Source: Thermoplasmata archaeon (GTDB lineage: Archaea > Thermoplasmatota > SW-10-69-26 > JACQPN01 > JAJPHT01). From it: DNA of 19,140 nt. Both the position numbers and the translations under genes were made by a program. Shown here piece by piece: positions 1 to 8,195 of the stretch. The first letter of the stretch is position 1. Every line of letters begins with the position of its first letter. Location of the stretch: NCBI GenBank assembly GCA_034667685.1, contig JAXDQU010000045.1:1-19140 (forward strand), written 5' to 3'. Under the pieces are notes generated by a model that searched no databases, was not told where the DNA came from, and worked only from the letters and a program-made list of their open reading frames with translations.

Positions 1-30
1 GCCCCAGCCCTCCACACTTCGAGCCCACAT

Positions 31-44
31 CGAGAATGGTTAAG
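31..44 (+). promoter_or_regulatory. Archaeal BRE/TATA-like promoter upstream of the candidate ncRNA
   Basis: CGAGAAT-G-GTTAAG: a purine-rich BRE-like element followed by the AT-rich hexamer GTTAAG (39-44). Spacing seen at other genes in the window predicts a start near 64-69. Confidence 0.5.
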
Positions 45-62
45 ACCCCACGCGCGACCCGA

Positions 63-167
63 TGTCTCGTACCCGCCCCGGGGCCGGCCGGCCGATACCT
101 CCCGACCTCCGTTGCCTCCAAGCCGAACGGCCGGCCCCCGGGACGCGGTGACACGCCGCTTGCTTTT
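63..167 (+). ncRNA. Candidate structured small RNA (long GC stem, loop with three CCUCC motifs)
   Basis: Stem 77-90 pairs with 128-142 (14 bp, one bulged C), extended by 71-76/145-149 and 63-66/150-153. The loop has CCTCC at 98-102, 106-110 and 115-119. Promoter-like element upstream and T-run at 164-167. Confidence 0.4.
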
Positions 168-196
168 CAAGGGCAACAAGCCTTCACGCCCTTGTC

Positions 197-269
197 GCCA
201 CCATAGCTCAGTCGGTAGAGCGCTCGCCTTGTAAGCGAATGGTCGTGGGTTCGACTCCCACTGGTGGCT
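197..269 (+). tRNA. tRNA-Thr(UGU)
   Basis: Cloverleaf: acceptor GCCACCA/TGGTGGC, D-arm GCTC/GAGC, anticodon loop CT-TGT-AA (TGT at 230-232), T-arm GTGGG-TTCGACT-CCCAC. No encoded CCA; a T-run follows. TTCAAG at 166-171 is a likely TATA box. Confidence 0.97.
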
Positions 270-294
270 TTTCTCTCCGGCCGGGGCTGATTGG

Positions 295-443
295 GGGCCC
301 ACGCGGATTTCGGCCGAAGCCTCTCCGGCGGCTGAAGCCGCCGTCGGGATCGGCCTCATCCGCGTGGCCGGCGGCGCTTCGCGCCGCCTGCCCATTTCGT
401 TGCCCTCGCTTCGCTCGGGCAACAGAAATGGGCCCACGCGGAT
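295..443. repeat. tRNA-linked palindromic/repeat element built from tRNA-Ile 3'-end copies
   Basis: GGGCCCACGCGGATT occurs at 295-309 and 430-444. A split inverted copy lies at 358-367 plus 390-398. Hairpins at 326-343, 370-388 and 390-433. Confidence 0.8.
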
Positions 444-503
444 TCGAACCGCGGACCTTCCGGTTATCAGCCGGATGCTCAAGCCGGACTAAGCTATGGG
501 CCC
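429..503 (-). tRNA. tRNA-Ile(GAU)
   Basis: Reverse complement reads GGGCCCA-TA-GCTT-AGTCCGGCTT-GAGC-A-TCCGG-CT-GAT-AA-CCGGA-AGGTC-CGCGG-TTCGAAT-CCGCG-TGGGCCC-A, a complete cloverleaf. No CCA after the discriminator and no intron. Confidence 0.97.
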
Positions 504-557
504 CGAACGCGAAACCCTCGGGAAAACCCCGGGGGGCACGCGGAGAGAGAGGGTGTC

Positions 558-575
558 GTATTTGTACCTTTCCGG
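558..575 (-). promoter_or_regulatory. BRE + TATA promoter of tRNA-Ile
   Basis: Minus strand reads CCGGAAAGG-TACAAATAC (BRE-like, then TATA-like), about 55 nt upstream of the mature tRNA. Confidence 0.6.
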
Positions 576-624
576 CTGGGGAAACGTTGATCGAGCGGCG
601 CCCCGTCGCCCCTCGCGAGGCTTC

Positions 625-1638
625 TTGGCGCTCCCGGGTCTCGACGCGAAGGTCCGCGCGCACACCCGCATGGTGGACGACGCGCTCGCCCGCATGCTCC
701 CCGAGGTGGGCGTGGACGATCCGGACGTGCGCGGCCCGATGCGGCACGTCGTCGCGGCCGGCGGGAAGCGCATCCGTCCCGCGCTCTGCCTGTTGGCGCA
801 CGAGGCCGTGGGCGGGAAGCCGCAGGACGCCCTTCCCACCGCGGTCGGGATCGAGCTGCTGCACACGTTCACGCTGGTCCACGACGACATCATGGACAAG
901 GCGTCGCTGCGCCGCGCGCGGCCCACGGTGGGCGCGCTCTGGGGCACCGACATCGCGATCACGGTGGGCGACGCGCTCTTCGCGCTGGCGTTCGAGTCGT
1001 TCACGAGCAACGCCGAGGTGCCGGGCATGGATCCCGCGCGCGTGCTGGCCGTCGTGCGCCGCGCCGCGCGGGTAAGCGCCGACCTCGCGCAGGGGCAGAC
1101 GCTCGACCTCCTGCAATCGCGCCGCCGCGACGTCTCGGTCGAGGAGTACCTGGAGATGGTGCGCCTGAAGACGGGCGTGCTCCTGGAGTTCAGCCTCGCG
1201 GCCGGAGCGATGCTCGGCGGCGCGGACGCGCAGCTCGTGGCCGCCCTCTCGGCGTTCGGCGCGCCGCTCGGCGCCGCGTTCCAGATCCGCGACGACCTCC
1301 TTGATATCACGGGCGACCCGGCGAAGCTCGGCAAGCCCCTGGGCGGCGACGTGCGCACCGGCAAGCGCACGCTGATGGTCGCGCACGCCTTCGCGCACAG
1401 CCCGCGCGCGTCGCGGCTCGCGGAGATCCTCGACCAGGCGGCGGACCACACGCGCGACGACGACGTGCGCGAGGCCATCGCGATCCTGGAGGCGGCCGGC
1501 AGCATCGCGTTCGCGCGCGCCGTGGCCGAGCGCCGGCTCACGGAGGCCAAGTCCGCGCTGGAGCGCGTGCCGGGGCGCCCGCGCGAGCTCGTCGCCCTCG
1601 CGGGCCTCGCCGACTACGTGCTGCGGCGGGAGGAGTAG
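625..1638 (+). CDS. idsA: Geranylgeranyl diphosphate synthase (archaeal-type short-chain polyprenyl synthetase)
   Basis: GGKRIRP; FARM FTLVHDDIMD...RR with Phe five residues before DDxxD; GQTLD; KT; SARM FQIRDDLLD; GKPLGGDVRTGKRT. The track start at 496 overlaps the tRNA, so the start was moved to TTG 625 (GAGG upstream). ATG 670 is an alternative. Confidence 0.92.
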   Translation: MALPGLDAKVRAHTRMVDDALARMLPEVGVDDPDVRGPMRHVVAAGGKRIRPALCLLAHEAVGGKPQDALPTAVGIELLHTFTLVHDDIMDKASLRRARPTVGALWGTDIAITVGDALFALAFESFTSNAEVPGMDPARVLAVVRRAARVSADLAQGQTLDLLQSRRRDVSVEEYLEMVRLKTGVLLEFSLAAGAMLGGADAQLVAALSAFGAPLGAAFQIRDDLLDITGDPAKLGKPLGGDVRTGKRTLMVAHAFAHSPRASRLAEILDQAADHTRDDDVREAIAILEAAGSIAFARAVAERRLTEAKSALERVPGRPRELVALAGLADYVLRREE

Positions 1639-3060
1639 ATGCGCGCCGCGGCGCTGCTCGCCCTCGTGCTGGGCGCGGGCTGCCTGCTGCCCGGCGCGCT
1701 GGACGTGCCCTACCGCCCCGACTGCTCGATCCGCGCGAGCGACTGGCCCGATGCGTGCACGGCGCGCGCCTCGCACACCGAGGGTCCCAAGGAGGAGATC
1801 ATGCTCGCCGCGAGCCCGACGAGGCCCGGCAACGTCGTTCTGGGCTCCAAGGACCTCGACCCGAGCGCCAGCGCGCATTGCGTCTGGAACGGCATGGCGG
1901 TCACGAAGGACGGTGGCCGCTCATGGCGCGACGTCACCCTCGGCGGGCCGTACGCGCAGCGCCAGCCCGGCTCGCCCTACTACGGCTACGCGTGCAACAC
2001 CGACCCTGATATCACCTTCGGGCGCGACGGCGCGCTCTACGCGCTCGTCGAGATGTACAACCTGGGCGCCGGCGGCGCGGCGGGCCCCACGGGGGAGAAC
2101 CGCTTGCAGCCCGGCTGGAAGCTCGTGCTCGCGCGCTCGGACGACGGGGGTCTCACGTGGCCGCTCGCGACGACGCTGGACGAGAGCGCGGGCGCCGTCG
2201 AGGTGCTCGACTACTCGCGCATGGCCGTCTCGCCGCGCACCGGGACGGTGCTCGCGGCCGTCTCGATGTTCAACGACCTCTCCGCGTACCAGGGCGCGCC
2301 GCCGTACAGCGCGGTGAGCGCGATCGCGGTGCGCGGCGGCGGCACGCAGCCCCAGCCGCCCGAGCTGGTCTTCCCCCAGGAGATGCGGCTCGCGGACGTG
2401 GCGATCGGCGACGTGGCCGCGGCGGCCGACGGCGCGTTCGTCATGATGGCGGTGGGCGAGGCGTACGACGCGCCCACCACGTTCTACGTCGCGCGCTCGG
2501 CGGACGACGGCCTCTCGTGGAGCGCGCCCGTCGCCGCGTTCCAGGCCGTCGCGATGGGGCGCTACGTCAACAACACGCAGGTCCGCACCGGCACGCACGC
2601 CGAGATGGCCTTCGCGCCCGACGGCACGCTCTACGTCACCTACGCCGCGAACGACACGGGCAACGCGGACGTCTACGTGCGGACCTCGCGCGACCAGGGC
2701 CGCACGTGGAGCGACCCGGTGGTCGTCGGCGCGGACCCGGCGAAGCACGCGCAGTGGCACCCCAACGTCGCGGTGGGCGCGGACGGCGTCGCGCACCTCG
2801 TCTTCTTCGACCGCGCCCACGATCCGGCCGACAAGCTCGTCGATATCACCTACGCGCAGTCCCACGACCGGGGCCGCACGTGGACCACGACGCGCGTCAC
2901 GTCGAAGAGCTTCGACGCCGACCTCGGCAAGCACCAGATGGGCTTTCCGTTCATCGGCGACTACCTCGGCATCGACACGCAGGGCAACGCCGCGTGGCTA
3001 GGCTTCCCCGACACGATCACGGGGACGAGCGTGGTCGCGGCGGCGAAGATGGTCCGCTGA
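1639..3060 (+). CDS. Secreted BNR/Asp-box repeat beta-propeller lipoprotein (sialidase-fold)
   Basis: Signal peptide with lipobox-like LGAGC (Cys15). Five Asp-boxes: TKDGGRSW, SDDGGLTW, SADDGLSW, SRDQGRTW, SHDRGRTW. C-terminal FIGDYLGI. Starts immediately after the idsA stop, with GGAGGAG upstream. Confidence 0.85.
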   Translation: MRAAALLALVLGAGCLLPGALDVPYRPDCSIRASDWPDACTARASHTEGPKEEIMLAASPTRPGNVVLGSKDLDPSASAHCVWNGMAVTKDGGRSWRDVTLGGPYAQRQPGSPYYGYACNTDPDITFGRDGALYALVEMYNLGAGGAAGPTGENRLQPGWKLVLARSDDGGLTWPLATTLDESAGAVEVLDYSRMAVSPRTGTVLAAVSMFNDLSAYQGAPPYSAVSAIAVRGGGTQPQPPELVFPQEMRLADVAIGDVAAAADGAFVMMAVGEAYDAPTTFYVARSADDGLSWSAPVAAFQAVAMGRYVNNTQVRTGTHAEMAFAPDGTLYVTYAANDTGNADVYVRTSRDQGRTWSDPVVVGADPAKHAQWHPNVAVGADGVAHLVFFDRAHDPADKLVDITYAQSHDRGRTWTTTRVTSKSFDADLGKHQMGFPFIGDYLGIDTQGNAAWLGFPDTITGTSVVAAAKMVR

Positions 3061-3375
3061 TCAGATCCCGAACGCGCGCTGCATGCGGGCTTCCATCTGC
3101 GGCTTGGGCGTGAAGCCGGAGACCTGGTCGACGCGCTTGCCGTTCCGGTAGAAGATGTAGGTCGGCATGCCCTGGATCGAGAGCTGCGAGGCGAGCTTCT
3201 CGTTCTCGTCGGTGTTGAGCTTGGCGAGCACGACCTTGCCGCCCGCCTGCGCGACCAGCTCGTCGAGGATCGGGTCCATGCGCTTGCACGGCTGGCACCA
3301 GGGCGCCCAGGCGTCGAGGAGGACGAGCGCGTTGCCGTTCACGACCTGCTGGAAGTTGGACTCGGTGACGTCCAT
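3061..3375 (-). CDS. trxA: Thioredoxin
   Basis: 104 aa; DAWAPWCQPCK active site, KLNTDEN, cis-Pro loop IQGMPT. This is the C-terminal part of track ORF 3061..4299. Confidence 0.93.
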   Translation of the reverse strand: MDVTESNFQQVVNGNALVLLDAWAPWCQPCKRMDPILDELVAQAGGKVVLAKLNTDENEKLASQLSIQGMPTYIFYRNGKRVDQVSGFTPKPQMEARMQRAFGI

Positions 3376-3434
3376 GCCCAACGCCAGCCGCCCCGGATGG
3401 CTTGAGCGTGCGGTTCCCGTTTCCACTGGACGAG

Positions 3435-3878
3435 TCACGGAACGCCGACGCCCTGCTCGTAGACCAGCGCGCCGCCGTACCACGCCGCGACCGCGACGAG
3501 CGCGAAGAGCGCCCAAAGGAGGGCCGCGTAGGCCCACAGCCATCCGCTGAAGAAGAGGCGCTTGCGCAGGAGGACGCCGACCGCGAAGAGCGCGGCCGCC
3601 GCGACCCAGGTGTCGCTGCCCAGGTCCTCGTGCGTGTGGGCGATGGCGCGCTGCTCCGCCGTGAGGTTCCCGCGCAGCGATTCCAGCTCGTGGTCTCCAA
3701 GCTGGTCGGCGACGAACGCCGAGACCGCCGCGAGGCCCATCAGGACGAGGAGCGCGTTGCGCGTCCACGCGGGCCGCTTCCAGGCCGCGTAGGTGGCGAG
3801 CGCCGCGGCGAGCGGGATGAGCACGATGGGGAAGTGCACCACCAACGGGTGCAGGTGGGGCGGGATCAGCTGCGGCAT
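3435..3878 (-). CDS. DUF2231-family membrane protein
   Basis: HPLVVHFPI N-terminal motif, a central His (HTHE), about four hydrophobic helices, C-terminal GGALVYEQGVGV. Confidence 0.8.
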   Translation of the reverse strand: MPQLIPPHLHPLVVHFPIVLIPLAAALATYAAWKRPAWTRNALLVLMGLAAVSAFVADQLGDHELESLRGNLTAEQRAIAHTHEDLGSDTWVAAAALFAVGVLLRKRLFFSGWLWAYAALLWALFALVAVAAWYGGALVYEQGVGVP

Positions 3879-3881
3879 GGC

Positions 3882-5423
3882 TCACGCCCATCCGGCGAGC
3901 TTCGCGCCCTCGTCCCGCGCGAGCGCGATCCAGGCGTCGGCGTCGGGCCGCACGCGCCGCGCGAGGTAGGCCCTGGCGTGGAGCGGGTCGTCGCGCGCCA
4001 GGAGGCTCGCCGCGCGCAGGTGATAGCATCGCTCCAGCCACGCGAGCGCGCGGGCCTCGTCGGGGCCGTGCCGCTCGATCTCGCGGCCGATCGCGTCCCA
4101 CTCGTCGCGGAGCGCGGGCGCCAGCGCGACGCCCGAGGCGTGCAGCGCGCTCCACGAGCCCTCCTTCGTGATGCCGCGCAGGAAGTCCAGCGCCTGCACG
4201 TTGGTCGTGCCCTCCCAGATGGGGAGCACCTGCGCGTCCCGGAGGAGGCGCTCGGTGATCCAGGGGGCGACGTAGCCGTTTCCGCCCAGCGCCTCGCACG
4301 CGGCGCTCGCGGCCTCGACGGCCATCCGCGCGGTGCCGGCCTTGGCGAGCGGCGTGAGCGCGCGCATCAGCGCCCGGTCCCCGTGGTCAAACGCCTCGGC
4401 GCAGTCCATCGTGAGCGCGAAGGCGCCCGCGACGTCGTTGGCGAGGCCGGCGACCATGTCGCGGTAGAGCGGCTGCTCCGCGAGCGGCTTCCCGAACGCC
4501 TGGCGCCACGCGCCGTTCTTCTGGGCCTCGCGCAGCGCGCGCCGGGCGATGGCGACCGAGGCGACCGCGTTGTAGAGGCGCGAGAGATTCACCATCTCCG
4601 CCATCGCCTTGAAGCCCTCGCCTTCGCCCGCGACGAGCCGCGCGCTCGCGCCTTCGAGGCGGACCTCGGCCGTCGCCATGCTGCGCACGCCCAGCTTGTC
4701 TTTCAGCGCGACGCGCCGGACGCCGGGGTTGCCGCGCGATAGCAAAAGGAAGAGGCCGAGGCCGCGCGTCCCCTCCCGCGCGCCCGGCATCCGCGCGAGC
4801 GTGAGGATTGCCTCGGCGTTGGCGTTGCTCGCGAACCACTTGTGGCCCGTGAGGCGCCACGTGCCGTCGGCCGCCTGCTCGGCGCGCGTGCTCGTGGCGC
4901 CCAGGTCGCTGCCCCCCTGCGGCTCGGTGAGGAACATCGCGCCCTCGAACGCGCCTTCGGGGCTCTTCTGCACGAGCCGCGCGACGACGTCCTCGAAGCC
5001 CGCGTGCCGCGCGAGCACGTAGGCCGCGCCGTCCGTCATGCACGCGGGGCAGTAGTAGCCGCACTCCGCCTGCCCGTACAGGTAGCCCAGGAGGAACGTG
5101 GCGAGCCGGGAGCCCTTCGCCGGGCCCTCGCGCCACGCCAGCGTGAAGACCTCGTGCTCGCGCGCGAGGCGTTGCAACGCCAGGTATTCCCTGGAGAGCA
5201 CGACGTCGTTGCCCGCGAGCGTCGGCGGACGCGCGTCGGCCACGCGCGAGAGCGGATCGATCTCGCGGGGCGCGGCGCTGCCCAGCGCGTCGAGGCGCGC
5301 CTCCAGGTCCTTGCGCGCCGCGGCGGGGACGCGCGTGGCGAGGACGCGCCGGAGCGCCGGGTCGTCGCGGAACCAGTTCTCGCCCGGCAGCGGCTCCGCA
5401 GGGAGGTAGGGCGGCTCCTGCAT
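3882..5423 (-). CDS. Acyl-CoA dehydrogenase family protein, AidB-like
   Basis: CPACMT, MFLTEPQGGSD, GHKWFAS, KDKLGVRSMATAEV, MVNLSRLYNA, LGGNGY, RLLRDAQVLPIWEGTTNV. Confidence 0.88.
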   Translation of the reverse strand: MQEPPYLPAEPLPGENWFRDDPALRRVLATRVPAAARKDLEARLDALGSAAPREIDPLSRVADARPPTLAGNDVVLSREYLALQRLAREHEVFTLAWREGPAKGSRLATFLLGYLYGQAECGYYCPACMTDGAAYVLARHAGFEDVVARLVQKSPEGAFEGAMFLTEPQGGSDLGATSTRAEQAADGTWRLTGHKWFASNANAEAILTLARMPGAREGTRGLGLFLLLSRGNPGVRRVALKDKLGVRSMATAEVRLEGASARLVAGEGEGFKAMAEMVNLSRLYNAVASVAIARRALREAQKNGAWRQAFGKPLAEQPLYRDMVAGLANDVAGAFALTMDCAEAFDHGDRALMRALTPLAKAGTARMAVEAASAACEALGGNGYVAPWITERLLRDAQVLPIWEGTTNVQALDFLRGITKEGSWSALHASGVALAPALRDEWDAIGREIERHGPDEARALAWLERCYHLRAASLLARDDPLHARAYLARRVRPDADAWIALARDEGAKLAGWA

Positions 5424-5447
5424 GCGGAGCAGTCGGCGCGCGGGCGC

Positions 5448-5654
5448 TTAAAGGAGCCCGGCGCAGCGCGCGAATCCGCCGGCCAACGTCTCGGCCTGCG
5501 CGCACGCGCCGCTGCCCGCGACCTCGACGCACGCGGCGGCGACGGTGCGCACGCTGCCCGTGGGCGGGGTGCAGACGCCGACGCTCGTCGCGGTGGGCGC
5601 GAGCGCGGCGGGGAGGACGACGAGCAGGGCGGCGAGCAGGATCGCGCGGAGCAT
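5448..5654 (-). CDS. Small secreted protein with four Cys (68 aa)
   Basis: MLRAILLAALLVVLPAALAP signal-like N-terminus, GC-rich third codon positions, fills the aidB-deaD gap, TTCTTG hexamer 26 nt upstream of the ATG. Confidence 0.6.
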   Translation of the reverse strand: MLRAILLAALLVVLPAALAPTATSVGVCTPPTGSVRTVAAACVEVAGSGACAQAETLAGGFARCAGLL

Positions 5655-5707
5655 GCGGAGGACGCGACGCGCGTCCAGCGCAAGAACCCCGCGCGTCTGC
5701 AGCCGCC

Positions 5708-7375
5708 TCAGCGCATGCCCGGCTTGGGCGCGTTCCGGAACTGCCAGTCCTTCGCCGGGCGGATCGAGAGCGGGCGGCCGCGGATGGACGTCGCGCGCAT
5801 GTTGTCGGCGACCTCCTCGACGCGGTCCACGGGGACCTCGATGACGCTCATGCGCGGCAGGATGTCGATGCGGCCGATCTCGCCGCCGGTGAGCCCGCCC
5901 TCGTTGGCGAAGGCGCCGACGATGTCGCCGGGGCGCACGCCGTCGTCGCGGCCCACGTTGATCGCGATGGAGACCATGAGTCCTCCGTGCGTGGGCTCGC
6001 CGCGCGGCTCGCGCTCGCGGCGGGAGGGCGCGTGCTGGGACGACGCATGCTGGCGCTGCTGGGCGCGGCGCGCGTCGAGCGGGGGCGCCACGAGCCCCTC
6101 GTGCTTGGCGACGAGGCCCAGGAGCTTCGCGGCGAGCGCCGCGGGGTCGGCGCCCTTCGCGACGAGGTCGTCGATGATGGCGCGGTGGCCCGGCTGGATC
6201 TGGAGCGTCTGCGCCGCGAGCCACGTCGCGGTGTGCTGCGCGATGGCGGCGTGCACCTGCTCGTCGGTGGGCACCTCGGCCCAGACGAGGCGCGCCTGGA
6301 GGACGCGCTCGATGCCGCGCAGGCGGCCGCGGTCCGCGGGCGTGACGAACAGATAGCTCCGGCCCTCGCGGCCAGCGCGGCCCGTGCGCCCGATGCGGTG
6401 GACGTAGGCCTCGGCCTCGGCGGGCGCGTCGTAGTTGACGACGTGGCTGATCGTGTCGACGTCGAGGCCGCGCGCCGCGACGTTGGTCGCCACGAGGATC
6501 TTGGCGCGGCCGTCGCGGAAGCGCGCGAGCACGCTGTCGCGCATGGCCTGGGGCATGCCGCCGTGGAGCGCCTCGGCCGGGAAGCCCTTGCCGCGGAGCT
6601 GCATGACGAGGTCGTCGACCATCTCGCGCGTGTGGCGGAACACGAGCACGCCGGTGGGCTGCTCGGCCGCGAGGATGCGCACGAGCGTGTCGAGCTTCTC
6701 GTGGTGCATCACGGCGATGGCGAGCTGCTCGGTCTGCGCGGTCGCGACGCTGCCGTTCTCGCCCGCGACGCTCACGAACTCGGGATTCTTGAGGAAGCGC
6801 TCGGCGAGCCGCTTGATGGGCTCGGGCATCGTGGCGCTGAAGAGCATCGTCTGCCGGTTCGGGCCGACGGCCTCCAGGATGATCTCGACCTCTTCGAGGA
6901 AGCCCATGTCGAGCATCTCGTCGGCCTCGTCGAGCACGACGCAGCCCGCGCTCTCGGGGGCCAGCGTGCCGCGCTCGATGTGGTCGCGCAGGCGGCCGGG
7001 CGTCGCCACGATGATGGAGGCGTCGCCGCTCTGGAGCGCGCGCGCCTGGGGGCCGAACGCCGCGCCGCCCGCGAGGACGAGCGCGGTGATGCCGGCGTGC
7101 TTGCCGATGCGGTCGATCTCGGCGGCGACCTGCGCGGCCAGCTCGCGCGTGGGCACGAGGACGAGGGCGGGGACGCCGTTCATGGCGTGCTCCACGAGGG
7201 GGATGCCGAAGGCGGCCGTCTTGCCGGTGCCGGTCTGCGCCTGGCCCACGGCGTCCTTGCCGGCCATGAGGATCGGGATCATCGCCGACTGGATCGGCGA
7301 GGCTTCTTCGAAGCCCATCTCGGCGAGGGACGCGAGCACGGGCTGACGCAGGCTGAATGAATCGAACTTGACCAT
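5708..7375 (-). CDS. deaD: DEAD-box RNA helicase, DeaD/CsdA type with C-terminal DbpA RNA-binding domain
   Basis: Q motif GFEEASPIQ, AQTGTGKT, PTRELA, TPGRL, DEAD, SAT, ARGLD, HRIGRTGRAG. C-terminal INVGRDDGVRPGDIVGAFANEGG...IGRIDI. Start set at MVKFDSF. Confidence 0.93.
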   Translation of the reverse strand: MVKFDSFSLRQPVLASLAEMGFEEASPIQSAMIPILMAGKDAVGQAQTGTGKTAAFGIPLVEHAMNGVPALVLVPTRELAAQVAAEIDRIGKHAGITALVLAGGAAFGPQARALQSGDASIIVATPGRLRDHIERGTLAPESAGCVVLDEADEMLDMGFLEEVEIILEAVGPNRQTMLFSATMPEPIKRLAERFLKNPEFVSVAGENGSVATAQTEQLAIAVMHHEKLDTLVRILAAEQPTGVLVFRHTREMVDDLVMQLRGKGFPAEALHGGMPQAMRDSVLARFRDGRAKILVATNVAARGLDVDTISHVVNYDAPAEAEAYVHRIGRTGRAGREGRSYLFVTPADRGRLRGIERVLQARLVWAEVPTDEQVHAAIAQHTATWLAAQTLQIQPGHRAIIDDLVAKGADPAALAAKLLGLVAKHEGLVAPPLDARRAQQRQHASSQHAPSRREREPRGEPTHGGLMVSIAINVGRDDGVRPGDIVGAFANEGGLTGGEIGRIDILPRMSVIEVPVDRVEEVADNMRATSIRGRPLSIRPAKDWQFRNAPKPGMR

Positions 7376-7475
7376 GTGCGGATGCAACTCTCTTGACCGG
7401 CGTTCCCGTGGAGGCCCTACACAGACGACGAACACGCGGGACGAAGACACGCGGGCCGGTCAGGAGCGGCTGGTC
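7376..7475 (-). promoter_or_regulatory. Long structured 5' leader of deaD
   Basis: 7390-7401 pairs with 7455-7466 (11 of 12). ACACGCGGG is repeated in tandem inside. TATA-like AAATAG at 7497-7502. Confidence 0.5.
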
Positions 7476-7496
7476 AACCGCGCGAAGCAGCCCCTC

Positions 7497-8171
7497 CTAT
7501 TTGGCCCTATGCCTGCCACGGGGGGCGGGCACCGGAGCGGCCACGGGACCGGCCATCGGGTGCAGGAGCCGCTCCCACCAGGCGTGGGCCGTGGGCGCGG
7601 GCTCGGGCACGAGGACGCCGAAGAGGTCCAGCAGCCCCACGAGCGCGAAGTAGAACGCCGCGTACCCGCCCATGCCGCCCGCGGGCCCCAGCGCCATGGC
7701 CAGCGGGAAGCTCGCGAACGCGGCGACCCAGAGCAGGAGGAAGTCGGCCACGCTGCGCGCGAAGAGGATCTCGCGCTGGACGAAATCCCGGCGTGATAGC
7801 AGGGTGTGCGCGCGCCCCGCCACGAGGACGAGCCCCGCGGCGAGCGGCGTCCACGCGCCGGTGAAGTAGCCGATGAGGACGAGGACGGCGCCGAACGCGA
7901 AGACGTACCACGCCATCGCCGCGAGCTGGAGGAAGCGGAAGACGCCACGCGCGTCCTCGATCGCCGAGACGCGCGTCACGAAGAGCATCATCATGACGAG
8001 GAAGACCTCCGCGCCGAGGGCCTGCTCGCCGCGGTGCGCCGCCGCGTCGCGCCACGCGGGGACGGCAAGCCCCGCGAGGAGCCCCGCCGCGAGGAGGAGC
8101 GGGGGCGCGGCGCCCACCGCGCGCTCCAGCGTGGGGCGCTTCGGGGCGAAGTCGCGGGCGATCAGGGCCAC
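7497..8171 (-). CDS. Hypothetical multi-pass membrane protein
   Basis: About six hydrophobic segments. GTG 8171 is preferred over TTG 8189 because TCTAAG (8195-8200) lies 23 nt upstream. Confidence 0.7.
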   Translation of the reverse strand: MALIARDFAPKRPTLERAVGAAPPLLLAAGLLAGLAVPAWRDAAAHRGEQALGAEVFLVMMMLFVTRVSAIEDARGVFRFLQLAAMAWYVFAFGAVLVLIGYFTGAWTPLAAGLVLVAGRAHTLLSRRDFVQREILFARSVADFLLLWVAAFASFPLAMALGPAGGMGGYAAFYFALVGLLDLFGVLVPEPAPTAHAWWERLLHPMAGPVAAPVPAPRGRHRAK

Positions 8172-8195
8172 GCACGGCGATGTGCCCAACGGGTC

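Noticed and set aside
62-151. 29-codon ORF MSRTRPGAGRPIPPDLRCLQAERPAPGTR
   Set aside because: Several A/T-ending codons, and the ATG is only 17 nt from the TATA-like box versus 23-26 elsewhere. The RNA structure explains the region better, though the ORF is not fully excluded.
295-444. Integrated provirus or island between att sites at tRNA-Ile; CRISPR array
   Set aside because: Only 120 bp lie between the two copies, with no integrase or cargo. Two copies and no cas genes do not make an array.
496-624. N-terminal extension of GGPP synthase from ATG 496
   Set aside because: It overlaps tRNA-Ile and its promoter on the opposite strand and does not look protein-like.
1639-3060. Calling the BNR protein a true sialidase
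   Set aside because: Asp-boxes are present but there is no (F/Y)RIP motif, so the substrate is unknown.
3280-3303. Thioredoxin WCQPC instead of WCGPC as a novelty
   Set aside because: Variation in the CxxC dipeptide is common, and the rest of the fold is ordinary.
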